Shown: positions 51,552-60,313 of the stretch, piece by piece
Layout of the letters: every line of letters starts with the position of its first letter
Position numbering within the stretch: position 1 is the stretch's first letter
NCBI GenBank assembly: GCA_019414505.1
Contig: DXLW01000030.1
Span: 42,378-106,377 of the forward strand
Length of the DNA: 64,000 bases
Origin: Collinsella sp.
Lineage (GTDB): Bacteria; Actinomycetota; Coriobacteriia; Coriobacteriales; Coriobacteriaceae
Direction: 5' to 3'
Translations under genes and position numbers: made by a program
The notes under the pieces: model-generated
What the model saw: only the letters and a program-made list of their open reading frames with translations
What the model was told of the DNA's origin: nothing
Databases searched by the model: none

Positions 51552-52979
51552 CTACTCCCCCTCTCTGGGCAGGTTAAACGCACACGCCGTCTCGTCGTAC
51601 AGCGCGCGATAGTTGGCGAGCATCTGCTCGTGCAAAAAGTACGTGGCAACGCGACGCTGCCCGCGCTCCCCCATCTCGATACGGCGGGCGCGGCTCACGC
51701 ACATGCGCTCCATGGCATCAGCCAAGCCCTTGCGATACATGGGCGGCGTCACAAAACCCGCCACGCCAAAGTCGTCGCCCGGGGCGCCCTCGAGCAGCTC
51801 GCGGCAGCAGCCCACCTCGGTCGTCACGCAGGGACGGCGCGCTGCAAGCGACTCCAGCACGCTGAGCGGCTGGCCCTCGGAGATGCTCGTTAAAATGGTA
51901 AAGTCGAGCTTTTCCATGTACTCGACCACGTTAACGCGGCCGGTAAATATCAGGTCGCGCACGCCCAGGGTGTCAACCAGCGCATGGCACTCGGCGCCGT
52001 ACTCTTCGTCGTCCACGCCGCCCATGATGTGCAGGCGCACCTTGGGCAGGCGCTCATGCAGCTCAAAGAAGGCATAGATCATGGTCTTGACGTCCTTGAT
52101 GGGCGCCAGGCGCACCACCGCGCCAATGTCCACCCAGCCGTCATCGGGCTTTAAGGGAATGTCCTTAAAGCGGTCGAACTGGATGCCGTTGGGGATGACC
52201 AGGCATTTGTCCGCATCGCAGCCCATATCGATCTGCGTCTTGCGGGCGTTATGGAACAAACTGGTCACGCGGAAGGCACGGCGGTAGATCTCCTCCGAAA
52301 GCAGGTAGAAAAAGCGAATCCAGCGGTCCTTAAACGACGGCACCACCCAGTCGGCGCGAATGATCTCTTCCTCACGCTCGCGGGTATAGATGCCGTGCTC
52401 GGTCAGCAGTACCGGCGCATGGGAAACGCTCGAGCCCAGGCAGGCGAGCAGACCACCGTAGCCGGTCGAGATAGCGTGGTACACATCGGCCACCGGCACC
52501 TCGCTGCCCAGCAGGTAGAGCACTGGCAGCAGCATAGAGCGCATGGTGTGGAATGCGTCGGCAAAGGGCGTGTAGGGGTACTCGGTCAGACACACGTCGC
52601 GGAAGATGTCCATAAACGTTCGGCTCTGTAAAAACGAGAGCGGATGCACACGACGGCGCTGGAAGATATCGAACAGCACGTCCCAATCCGGATTGGAGAG
52701 CGACACCAGGCGGCGTAGCGCCTCGCGCTCGCGGTCGTTAAAACTGGCTTCGTGCTGCTCGCCCGAAAGCCGCAGGGCGTCGTCCAGGAACACCTCGTGC
52801 ACCTCGACCACGTTGCCGGGCAGCTCGTAGACAAACTTGCCGCGGTCGGCAGCATGCGCGCCAATCACCCACAACACAAACTCGTGCTCTGGCATGGCCG
52901 TAATGTAGCCGTGCATCCAGGTGGATACGCCGCCGTGTACATAGGGGTAGCAACCCTCGAGTACCAAGCAGATTCTCAT
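51552..52979 (-). CDS. pelF: Pel glycosyltransferase PelF (GT4 with DUF3492-type N-terminus)
   Basis: MRICLVLEGCYPYVHGGVSTWMHGYI N-terminal signature and a GT4 C-terminal EGQPLSVLE motif. Confidence 0.85.
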   Translation of the reverse strand: MRICLVLEGCYPYVHGGVSTWMHGYITAMPEHEFVLWVIGAHAADRGKFVYELPGNVVEVHEVFLDDALRLSGEQHEASFNDREREALRRLVSLSNPDWDVLFDIFQRRRVHPLSFLQSRTFMDIFRDVCLTEYPYTPFADAFHTMRSMLLPVLYLLGSEVPVADVYHAISTGYGGLLACLGSSVSHAPVLLTEHGIYTREREEEIIRADWVVPSFKDRWIRFFYLLSEEIYRRAFRVTSLFHNARKTQIDMGCDADKCLVIPNGIQFDRFKDIPLKPDDGWVDIGAVVRLAPIKDVKTMIYAFFELHERLPKVRLHIMGGVDDEEYGAECHALVDTLGVRDLIFTGRVNVVEYMEKLDFTILTSISEGQPLSVLESLAARRPCVTTEVGCCRELLEGAPGDDFGVAGFVTPPMYRKGLADAMERMCVSRARRIEMGERGQRRVATYFLHEQMLANYRALYDETACAFNLPREGE

Positions 52980-54856
52980 TTGTCGCCACCCTCCTTGCGC
53001 TCGATCGTCACGGTCTTATCATTTGCCTTGAGCAGATACAGATTGCCCGTAAGGTGCGTCAATTCGCCACCCGTCACCGCACCCGGCTCGCCGTTGTTGG
53101 CGCGGAACATGAGCCACGCCTCATCGTGGAAATTGCCCAGGCTGAGCGCCCAGGCATCCGCGCTGGTATCCACGCTCACCGTAACCGACGAAAAGCGCTG
53201 GATGGCACCGGAGCACTCCGACGCCGTCTGGTGCCGCAGGTCGGGCGCGGATTTGGTAAGCCACTCCAGGTAGTCGACCAGGCCGCCCTTGTAGACCTCC
53301 CAGCCCTCCTTGGCACCACGATCGGGATCGAGCAAGTCGTCCGGGTGCATAAAATGCGTGCTCACGTAGTGCATGTTGAGCTCGGACACGGCTGCCAGGC
53401 GCATATAGGAATCGTCGACCATGCCGCCCGAGACAATACGTGGCTGCTCCACAATGCCGTCGCTCGCCACGCCAAACTCCTGCACGTAGGGCAGGTCGGT
53501 GCCATCCTCAAAATACGTGCTGGCGATGGTCTTAATGCGCGGAACGTCGGTGCCGATGAGCTTGCGCGCTCGGGCCGAAAGGATATTCGACGGCGGTACG
53601 TAAACCGAGCCATGAGCGTTGGGCAGAACCTCGTCCTGAAACGCGATAAGTTCGTTGAGCGAAGCGACGAGCGTCTCTTTGTTCTTCCAGGTCTTGTAGA
53701 CGTACAGCGTGCCGTAGTCGGTGTCCCAGAGCGCGAGCGGCTGATGGTTGTAGCCGTGAAAGCCCAGCTCGCCGCCCATCTGCAGCAGCATGCCGCCAAA
53801 ATATCGAAACTGCGTGGTATCGGGTTGGCGCGCGGGCTCGGTCTGGTTGACCGCGTCCTCGTAGTTTTCGATCATCACGCCGGTATAGCGAATGCCATAT
53901 TTTTGCGCGAGCTTTTGCAGATCGGGCCACCAGACCTTGGTGTAAAAATCCGCAATGGAAAGGCCGTAGTCACGCTTGATATAAGTACCATCGCCCGAGG
54001 GCACGGGGCTAGGAAAGTCGTCCAAATAGAACACGGCGCTGTTGATGACCGGATAGGCCGTAGCATCGCCCAGCAGACTGATCGCCGCGGCGAAAAAGCC
54101 GCGCATGACCTTGTCGTAGATACCGATATTGCACACCACGGTGCGCCCGCTACCGCAGTCATTAGACCAAATGAGCGGCGCGCCCGCATCGCCAGTCTTA
54201 GCCCACTCACGCGCCGTCTCGCGCAGCGATACTGAAAGCGACGAATCAAAGGGGTCCGAGAGCTCGTAGCGCTCTCCCCCGCCCAGCATAAAGTCCTCAC
54301 TCGGCACAATGCTTTCGGCTTTTACATAGTCATATCCGGCCGATTCAATGCCAAGCTTGGAGGCAATCACTTGCAGATAGCTCGAGTTATCCGGCGGCAT
54401 GGCGAGCATAAGCGAACCGCCGGCACTCACCCAACTCATAATGTCGCTCAGGTGCGTACCGAGCCCATCGAGCGACGGCATGAGCAAAATCACGCGATCG
54501 AAGGAGGTCAGCGAGGGAATGGCATCCGCACCATCCAGGGCAAGATCCACGTCGCGATGGGCGATCTTCATGTCCAGCAAAATCTGGTCGAACTGGTCTT
54601 TGACGTCGTCGACGCCATCTTGGTCCGAGTCTGTAATGACCAGGCACGTGGGCTTTTGGCCAAAGATTGCCGAGGAGGCCGGCACCGCGTCGTTGGCGGC
54701 AAGCATCCCCAGCCTATGCTGGCCCGCACTGTACTGCACGCCGGCACGCTCCACCAGCAGCACGGCGGCCATGGCAATAAAGACCGCCCACACCACGAGG
54801 AGTCCCATCCAACGAAAGCGGCCCACACGGTCTCGGATATGTTGCGCCACGCTCAT
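52976..54856 (-). CDS. pelA: DUF2194 / PelA-deacetylase-like extracytoplasmic protein
   Basis: N-terminal TM anchor and CE4-like metal motifs FYLDDFP and FHGYNH. The start ATG 54856 overlaps the pelE stop (ATGA) after a GGAGGAGG box. The position between pelE and pelF matches the Gram-positive pel layout. Confidence 0.7.
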   Translation of the reverse strand: MSVAQHIRDRVGRFRWMGLLVVWAVFIAMAAVLLVERAGVQYSAGQHRLGMLAANDAVPASSAIFGQKPTCLVITDSDQDGVDDVKDQFDQILLDMKIAHRDVDLALDGADAIPSLTSFDRVILLMPSLDGLGTHLSDIMSWVSAGGSLMLAMPPDNSSYLQVIASKLGIESAGYDYVKAESIVPSEDFMLGGGERYELSDPFDSSLSVSLRETAREWAKTGDAGAPLIWSNDCGSGRTVVCNIGIYDKVMRGFFAAAISLLGDATAYPVINSAVFYLDDFPSPVPSGDGTYIKRDYGLSIADFYTKVWWPDLQKLAQKYGIRYTGVMIENYEDAVNQTEPARQPDTTQFRYFGGMLLQMGGELGFHGYNHQPLALWDTDYGTLYVYKTWKNKETLVASLNELIAFQDEVLPNAHGSVYVPPSNILSARARKLIGTDVPRIKTIASTYFEDGTDLPYVQEFGVASDGIVEQPRIVSGGMVDDSYMRLAAVSELNMHYVSTHFMHPDDLLDPDRGAKEGWEVYKGGLVDYLEWLTKSAPDLRHQTASECSGAIQRFSSVTVSVDTSADAWALSLGNFHDEAWLMFRANNGEPGAVTGGELTHLTGNLYLLKANDKTVTIERKEGGDK

Positions 54857-55758
54857 CGGGCCTCCTCCCCATCGCGCCAAAACGCCAACTTTTCGCGGTT
54901 GTCGGCGCTCAAATACACATGTTGCTTGTCAATCGCATCGATCACACAGTGGACCTCGTCACCGTCGCGGCGCATCACGGCCAGGCGCAGGCAAAGCATC
55001 CAAACCTCCTGCTCCTCGGGCACGTCGAGTACCAGCTGGTCGGTCACGGCCTGCGCCTCGTCGATCTGTCCGACATCGGCCAGCGCCGTCGCGTATCGAA
55101 TGCGCAGCTCAAGGGTATCCTCGCGCTCGCAGCGACGCGCAAGCAGGCGCGCGTACTGTTGGCGCTGAATCTGAGCAACGCGCCCCTCAGCCAAGCCCGA
55201 GCCCAAGTATTCACCAAGAAAATCACAGTATTCGTTGAGGTTTTGCGCGCTCGGGTCCGTCTTAAAGGCACGCTCCAGCTGCTGCAGTTTAAGGTCGGAC
55301 TCCTTGGAGATCTGCGCCACCGCCGTCGCGGCATAGTGCGCCACCTCAACGTCGTCGTTAAGCTTAGCCGCCTGCAACTGCGCCAGGTACGCGTCGGGCT
55401 CCTCGGTGAGCATGGAGAGCATTAGGCGGCGCCGGTATGCCGGGTCGTTGACGATGAGCGCCTCCTCGAGCGGGACCACGCCCGCATCGGCGTCACGGTC
55501 GTGCACCTGGATGCTGCGATGCAGGTCGTCGTTGAAGCGCAGCGACTCCAGCGCAGACTCTTTCAGTCCCTCGCCGAACACCGCGCTGCGGACCGATAGC
55601 AGAACCACCAGCAACGGGCCCCACAGCGGCACCAGCACTATCACAGCCAGCATGTGCCCGCGCACCGGCAGCAGGCCCAGCTTCATGAGCGTCCACAGCA
55701 TCAGGCAAACCAGCGCATGAATCAGCAGCAAGACGGCAGCAACGACAAGCGAGATCAA
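54853..55758 (-). CDS. pelE: PelE-like membrane protein (2 TM plus TPR-like helical repeats)
   Basis: Two N-terminal hydrophobic helices are followed by an alpha-helical repeat region. The call rests on architecture and operon position, not on sequence motifs. Confidence 0.6.
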   Translation of the reverse strand: MISLVVAAVLLLIHALVCLMLWTLMKLGLLPVRGHMLAVIVLVPLWGPLLVVLLSVRSAVFGEGLKESALESLRFNDDLHRSIQVHDRDADAGVVPLEEALIVNDPAYRRRLMLSMLTEEPDAYLAQLQAAKLNDDVEVAHYAATAVAQISKESDLKLQQLERAFKTDPSAQNLNEYCDFLGEYLGSGLAEGRVAQIQRQQYARLLARRCEREDTLELRIRYATALADVGQIDEAQAVTDQLVLDVPEEQEVWMLCLRLAVMRRDGDEVHCVIDAIDKQHVYLSADNREKLAFWRDGEEAR

Positions 55759-57938
55759 GCGACACTCCCCTCACCGTCACCGGTGTAAGAGACGTGCTGC
55801 AGCAGCGCCACGATGTCCTCGCCGTCGACGGGCTCCACCGCAATCTGCTTTGCGCTCAGGCGCTCGCGGATAATGGGCAGATCGCACGCCTTTGCCTGGC
55901 GCATAAGCAGGTAGAGCACGTCGCCGTCGACCAAGCCCGCCGCGTCACTCTCGCGGATTGCCGACCCAATTGCGCCCACCAGCTTGCCGACAGGCTCCAC
56001 GCCCGGTACCACGCGCAGGAGCAAAAAACTCCCCATCTTGCTATCTGCCAGCGCTTGCTCCGCCGCGAGCTCTTGGCCAAAGGCAGCCTGCTTGAGCACG
56101 CAAGTGCCGCCAACGCAGCGTTTATCCTGCGCCACCGCCTCATAGTCAAAGGCACGGCCCAGCGCGCTTTCGACCAGCCCGCACAAGATGCGGAACAGGT
56201 TTTGATAATAGAGGGTCATTTGGTTTTCGGCCGCACTACGCACAAAGATCAACACGGCGGGTGCCCCGTCGCGCTCGATCGTGTATCCAAACATGGGAAG
56301 CCCCGGCGTCAGCTCGCGGTTCACCCACAGGTTCGAACGACCCCCGTCGCCCAAAAGAGGTGCAAGCTGCTCAAGCGTGAGCGAGCGTGCGGCATCTTCG
56401 GCAATCGCGGGACTTGCTGCCACCAGGCGTGCAAATGCCCCGCCCGAAACATGGTAGATCGCCACCGAATCGTTCTCGAGGATCTCGCCCAGAAGCTCGC
56501 AGCACTTGCGATAGATGTCGCGAGGATTGAGCACATCGAGCTCCTGCGTCACGGCAAAGATCTTGCCAAAGCTGTCGTGGCGACCCACGATCTGGCGCCT
56601 GTACGCGCGCTTGTCCTCGATCGCGTCGTGGTAGAGCTGCGTAAGGAACGTATTGCGGTTGCGCACGAGCTCGTTTTGATCGCGCTCTGCCCTAATGGCT
56701 TCACTGTTGCGCAGCTGCACATAGCCGCACACGGCACCCACCACAAAGTACACAATAAACGGCAGCCAGTTGGACGGCTCGTAGAACAGGCCCTGGAAGG
56801 TATAGCCGTACTGAGTAAAGTAGCTCGCGGCCAAACCCACCGACGCCAGCAGCGCCGCAACCAGGCCAAAATCGAGCCCATACAGCGTGCCGATCAGTAC
56901 CACGTACAGCAGGCGGTAGTCGAGCACGTTAAGCTGAGCAGACTGCGAAAACACCAGCTCCAGGCCCTCAAAGAGCACCCAGGCCAGCGCGGTCTCCAGG
57001 CATTTGATGGGCAGTGTCCGCCCGCGCATGCGGTCGATGGCGGCACGCAGCGGATGGCGCTTGCCCGCGAGGGTCTGCTCCCAGCGGGCGTGTATGGTCG
57101 AAAGATCGCGCAGCACGTCATAGCGCTGGAACCACCCGTAGCGCGTGCGGACGGTATCGCTCGGAGCAATGGAGACGACGGCGTCCCCGTCGTAGGTAAT
57201 GTCGAGCCCCGGGAACAAGCCCTTGAGCGCCTCGCCCAGGTCTCCCACGGTGTGGGCAAAGCTATCCGGAACCTCGAGTTCCTCGAATGTGGCATCCCAG
57301 CTGTCGAAGATGCGACGCACCAGAACGGCCAGCTCCTCGGCGCAGAGGGCACCGAGCGGTGAGTCCGCCCCAGCCCTCATGACAGCAGAGCCTTGCGAGC
57401 ACGCCTCGAACAGCGGGGTCAAAATCGGGTCTTCCAGCGTGGGCGAGGCGGTGTACAGATACGGCACGCGCAAGATCTTGGCCTGAATGCCGTCGCGGAC
57501 CGCATAGTAGCGGCACAGGTCGTTGGCCGCACGGGCAATGATGCCCTTGCCGTTTTGCCCCGCAACGTCCACCGCACCGTCCGCTCCCATGGGACCAGTC
57601 ACAAACAGCAGCTGAATCTGGCGACCCATGCAAGCTCGAAAGACGGAGCGCAGCAGCTCGATGTCGCCAACGGCCTCGGTATGCGGCGTGAGATAGGTAG
57701 AGAGGTAGACCACACGGTCGAATTCGTAAGCCTGGTCCAGGTGCTGCAGCAGCTCTTTCCAAGACGCATGGAGCGACGACCCGTCGCGGCGCGCCTCGTT
57801 GGCCGCCACGACCTGAACATGGTCACCGGGAAACGCCTTGGCACAAAAGTCGTCATCGACATACGCGGTATTGCCAACAACCAGCACTTCCACCGTGCGC
57901 TCCCCCTCCCCAAATTTAGCTTTTGCCATGGTAAACAT
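55755..57938 (-). CDS. pelD: PelD-like c-di-GMP receptor with an extra N-terminal degenerate Rossmann/SDR-like domain
   Basis: 727 aa. It has an N-terminal ~290-aa Rossmann-like region without an intact GxxGxxG (VLVVGNTAYVDDDF) and about 4 TM helices. A GAF-like region and a degenerate GGDEF domain follow. RESDAAGLVDGDVLYLLM aligns to RxxD-x5-GGDEF. Confidence 0.7.
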   Translation of the reverse strand: MFTMAKAKFGEGERTVEVLVVGNTAYVDDDFCAKAFPGDHVQVVAANEARRDGSSLHASWKELLQHLDQAYEFDRVVYLSTYLTPHTEAVGDIELLRSVFRACMGRQIQLLFVTGPMGADGAVDVAGQNGKGIIARAANDLCRYYAVRDGIQAKILRVPYLYTASPTLEDPILTPLFEACSQGSAVMRAGADSPLGALCAEELAVLVRRIFDSWDATFEELEVPDSFAHTVGDLGEALKGLFPGLDITYDGDAVVSIAPSDTVRTRYGWFQRYDVLRDLSTIHARWEQTLAGKRHPLRAAIDRMRGRTLPIKCLETALAWVLFEGLELVFSQSAQLNVLDYRLLYVVLIGTLYGLDFGLVAALLASVGLAASYFTQYGYTFQGLFYEPSNWLPFIVYFVVGAVCGYVQLRNSEAIRAERDQNELVRNRNTFLTQLYHDAIEDKRAYRRQIVGRHDSFGKIFAVTQELDVLNPRDIYRKCCELLGEILENDSVAIYHVSGGAFARLVAASPAIAEDAARSLTLEQLAPLLGDGGRSNLWVNRELTPGLPMFGYTIERDGAPAVLIFVRSAAENQMTLYYQNLFRILCGLVESALGRAFDYEAVAQDKRCVGGTCVLKQAAFGQELAAEQALADSKMGSFLLLRVVPGVEPVGKLVGAIGSAIRESDAAGLVDGDVLYLLMRQAKACDLPIIRERLSAKQIAVEPVDGEDIVALLQHVSYTGDGEGSVA

Positions 57939-58130
57939 GCGTATTGTACGCTGTCAATGTAGGCCAAAGGCAACTTTAAAGCTGTTTTAAGAACTTTTTC
58001 AGACGGGAAGCGACTCGCGCCTGAGCCAGAGAGCCCTACACGTGCCGCTGCACGGCGGAGAAAGGCGAATCCACTACCCCTCAGGCATAATTCCTGAGCA
58101 AAATCAAGCAGAGCACACGGCTTTTTGCGC

Positions 58131-58353
58131 CACTTTAAGACGTAATCGGGATGTGGCGAGAGGCCAAATTCGGAAGTGCGGGGAAAACCAAAGGAATGCT
58201 GACCAGACCCCCGTTTTAGGCTTCCGCGACCTGCGGTTTTGATACAAAAAAACCGCGTTGTGCTCGAAGGTTTTCGTTTTTTCCCCGCACTTCTGTAATT
58301 ACATCTCTGGATCGAGGGCGCAGGCAATGGTGACGACATCCACGATAGCGCCC
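58131..58353 (+). repeat. ~220-bp structured direct repeat, copy 1
   Basis: Roughly 80-85% identical by eye to 60314-60533. It has an internal 15-bp inverted repeat (58173-58187 / 58279-58293) that encloses an 8-bp hairpin (58233-58240 / 58249-58256). Confidence 0.85.
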
Positions 58354-58535
58354 CCCTATGCCTGATACCAAAATCGTTCCATAGGGACCCGTTTCCCAAT
58401 GGGATGATTCTTCACAAAGGGCATTAAGGCGCATGAGAACATGGTAGAGGCAAGCAAGCGCGCTTCCACGTTTTCGCCCATGGTGACCACGGTATAATCC
58501 AACGAGACAAGCAACGAACGGGAAAGGCAGCGCGG

Positions 58536-59918
58536 ATGAACCTGGGCAGCGAGAGCGAGACCGTCGAGTTCAAGAAGTCCACTGGCGAGCATAAAGAAGC
58601 ACTGCAAGCCATCAGCGCCATGCTGAACAAGCACGGCCGCGGCGAGCTCTACTTCGGCGTGAAGGACAACGGCGATGTCATCGGCCAGGATGTCAGCGAC
58701 GCAACGCTGCGCCAGGTGACGTCGTGGGTGTCCGACAAGATCGAGCCCGCGGTGTTCCCGACGGTCGAGTGCCTCGACGCCGATGATGGGCTGCGATACA
58801 TCAAAATTGCCTTCTCAGGTGCCGACGCCCCCTACTCCGCCGACGGACGCTACTTCACCCGCGTGGGGACTTCGAACAAAGCGCTGTCGGCCTCGGAGCT
58901 GAGCGCCATGGTCGTCAAGCGTGAGCGCGCCCGTAGCCCGTGGGACTCGCTGCCGTCCGGCAGGCCCGTCTCCGACGCCGACGAGCAGGCGGTGCGTGAC
59001 TTCGTCGCGCGCGGCGGCAGGGCCGGACGCGTGGGCGGCGGGTTCGCCGGCGTGGAGGACACCTTGGCAAGGCTCGACCTCGTCGCGCCCGACGGCAGCC
59101 TAAGAAACGCCGCGGTGGAGCTGTTCTGCGAGGGATCCGACACCTACCCCAGGATGAAGCTGGGGCTTCTGGGCGGCAACACCAAGGCCAAGATCCTCGA
59201 CCTGCGCCGCGAGTGCGGCACCATGCTCAAGCTGCTCGACTTCGCCGAGTACTTCGTGACGTCGAACATCAGGCGCGAGTTCGTCATCGGCGAGACGGGC
59301 ATGTACCGCAAGGAGATCCCCGAGATCCCGGCCGAGGCCATCCGCGAGGCGGTTGCCAACGCGCTGTGCCACCGCGACTACACCACCGGCACCGCCGTCG
59401 AGGTCAACGTGTTCATGGACACCGTCCAGATCGTGAGCCCGGGCCTGTTCCCCGAGGGCGACTCGCCGCAAGAGCACCTAGACGGTACCGCGAGCGAGTT
59501 CGGCCTCCGAAACCCCGCGATCGCGCGCACCCTGTTCCGCGCCGGCGTCATCGAGCAGTACGGCACGGGCATACCGCGCATCAAGGAGGCCTGCGAGGCA
59601 GCCGGCGTGAGGTTCCGCTTCGAGCAGACCGTCAACAGCACCGTCGTCGTCTTCGAGCGTCCTGGGTTACAGAAAGCGGCCTTCAGGAGAACCGCGGCCG
59701 ACAACCGACCGCTCCTCAGCGAGCGCGAACGAGCAGCGATGGCAATTGCCGCCGCTCAGGGGAAAATCACGACCTCCGACCTCGCGCGGGAGTCCAATGT
59801 CGGTAGGAAAACGGCCTCGAAGACTCTGAAAGACCTTGCCGGGCGAGGCCTGTTGGAATGGGTAGGGAAAAGCCCGAAAGACCCGCACCAGTTCTACAAG
59901 ATGCCAAGCGAAGTTTGA
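58536..59918 (+). CDS. AlbA_2 (Schlafen-type) domain + HATPase_c_4-like + C-terminal winged-HTH protein ('RecG-like putative transcriptional regulator' family)
   Basis: N-terminus SESETVEFKKSTGEHKEAL...ELYFGVKDNGDVIG (AlbA_2). Central NALCHRDY and QYGTGIPRI motifs. The C-terminus ITTSDLARESNVGRKTASKTLKDLAGRGLL is a wHTH. A TATAAT hexamer lies at 58493-58498. Confidence 0.82.
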   Translation: MNLGSESETVEFKKSTGEHKEALQAISAMLNKHGRGELYFGVKDNGDVIGQDVSDATLRQVTSWVSDKIEPAVFPTVECLDADDGLRYIKIAFSGADAPYSADGRYFTRVGTSNKALSASELSAMVVKRERARSPWDSLPSGRPVSDADEQAVRDFVARGGRAGRVGGGFAGVEDTLARLDLVAPDGSLRNAAVELFCEGSDTYPRMKLGLLGGNTKAKILDLRRECGTMLKLLDFAEYFVTSNIRREFVIGETGMYRKEIPEIPAEAIREAVANALCHRDYTTGTAVEVNVFMDTVQIVSPGLFPEGDSPQEHLDGTASEFGLRNPAIARTLFRAGVIEQYGTGIPRIKEACEAAGVRFRFEQTVNSTVVVFERPGLQKAAFRRTAADNRPLLSERERAAMAIAAAQGKITTSDLARESNVGRKTASKTLKDLAGRGLLEWVGKSPKDPHQFYKMPSEV

Positions 59919-59974
59919 GGCTGCAGGTCCTAGCCGGGAAACAGGCCCATTGCGTTTGCTGCCCTCCCCCTGCT

Positions 59975-60029
59975 GGGCACTACTGAGTAATCTACTGGGC
60001 ACTGCTGAGTAATCTACTGAGTAGTGCCC
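59975..60029. repeat. Two 22-nt tandem repeats plus an inverted partial copy
   Basis: gggcactactgagtaatctact / gggcactgctgagtaatctact / gagtagtgccc. It starts 57 nt after the stop of the AlbA_2 gene. Confidence 0.8.
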
Positions 60030-60081
60030 AAGCGCGAGTTGGCAAGTCCGCCGAAGCCCAGAGAAACGGCTCCGAAGAATA

Positions 60082-60139
60082 TACTGACCGCTACTGACCG
60101 CTACTGATCGCGGCATTCGGCAGGCCCGCCGAATGCCGC
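60082..60139. repeat. Three 10-nt tandem repeats (tactgaYcgc) running into a 12-bp GC-rich hairpin
   Basis: tactgaccgc x2, then tactgatcgc, then gcggcattcggc-aggccc-gccgaatgccgc. Confidence 0.8.
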
Positions 60140-60313
60140 GGTCTCCCGAGACTAGCAGAGCCGCCCTTATTGTTAGCGCTGCCGAAGCAAGCCCTACTTC
60201 AGCAGCAACTTGAATTTTCGTGCGATGAGCCTCCCCGGAGCCAAGAGCCTTTTGCCCTAATCACAACACCGCAATTCAAGCACCGCAGAAAACTCCATTA
60301 GCGATGAACCAGC

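Noticed and set aside
55794-57362. 522-aa plus-strand ORF, and similar long plus-strand ORFs at 53054-54235, 44095-45378, 42734-43996, 33404-34717, 18887-20233 and 10648-11607
   Set aside because: All lie antisense to confidently identified minus-strand genes and have high-GC antisense composition.
59975-60111. CRISPR array
   Set aside because: There are only 2-3 directly abutting short repeats with no spacers and no nearby cas genes.
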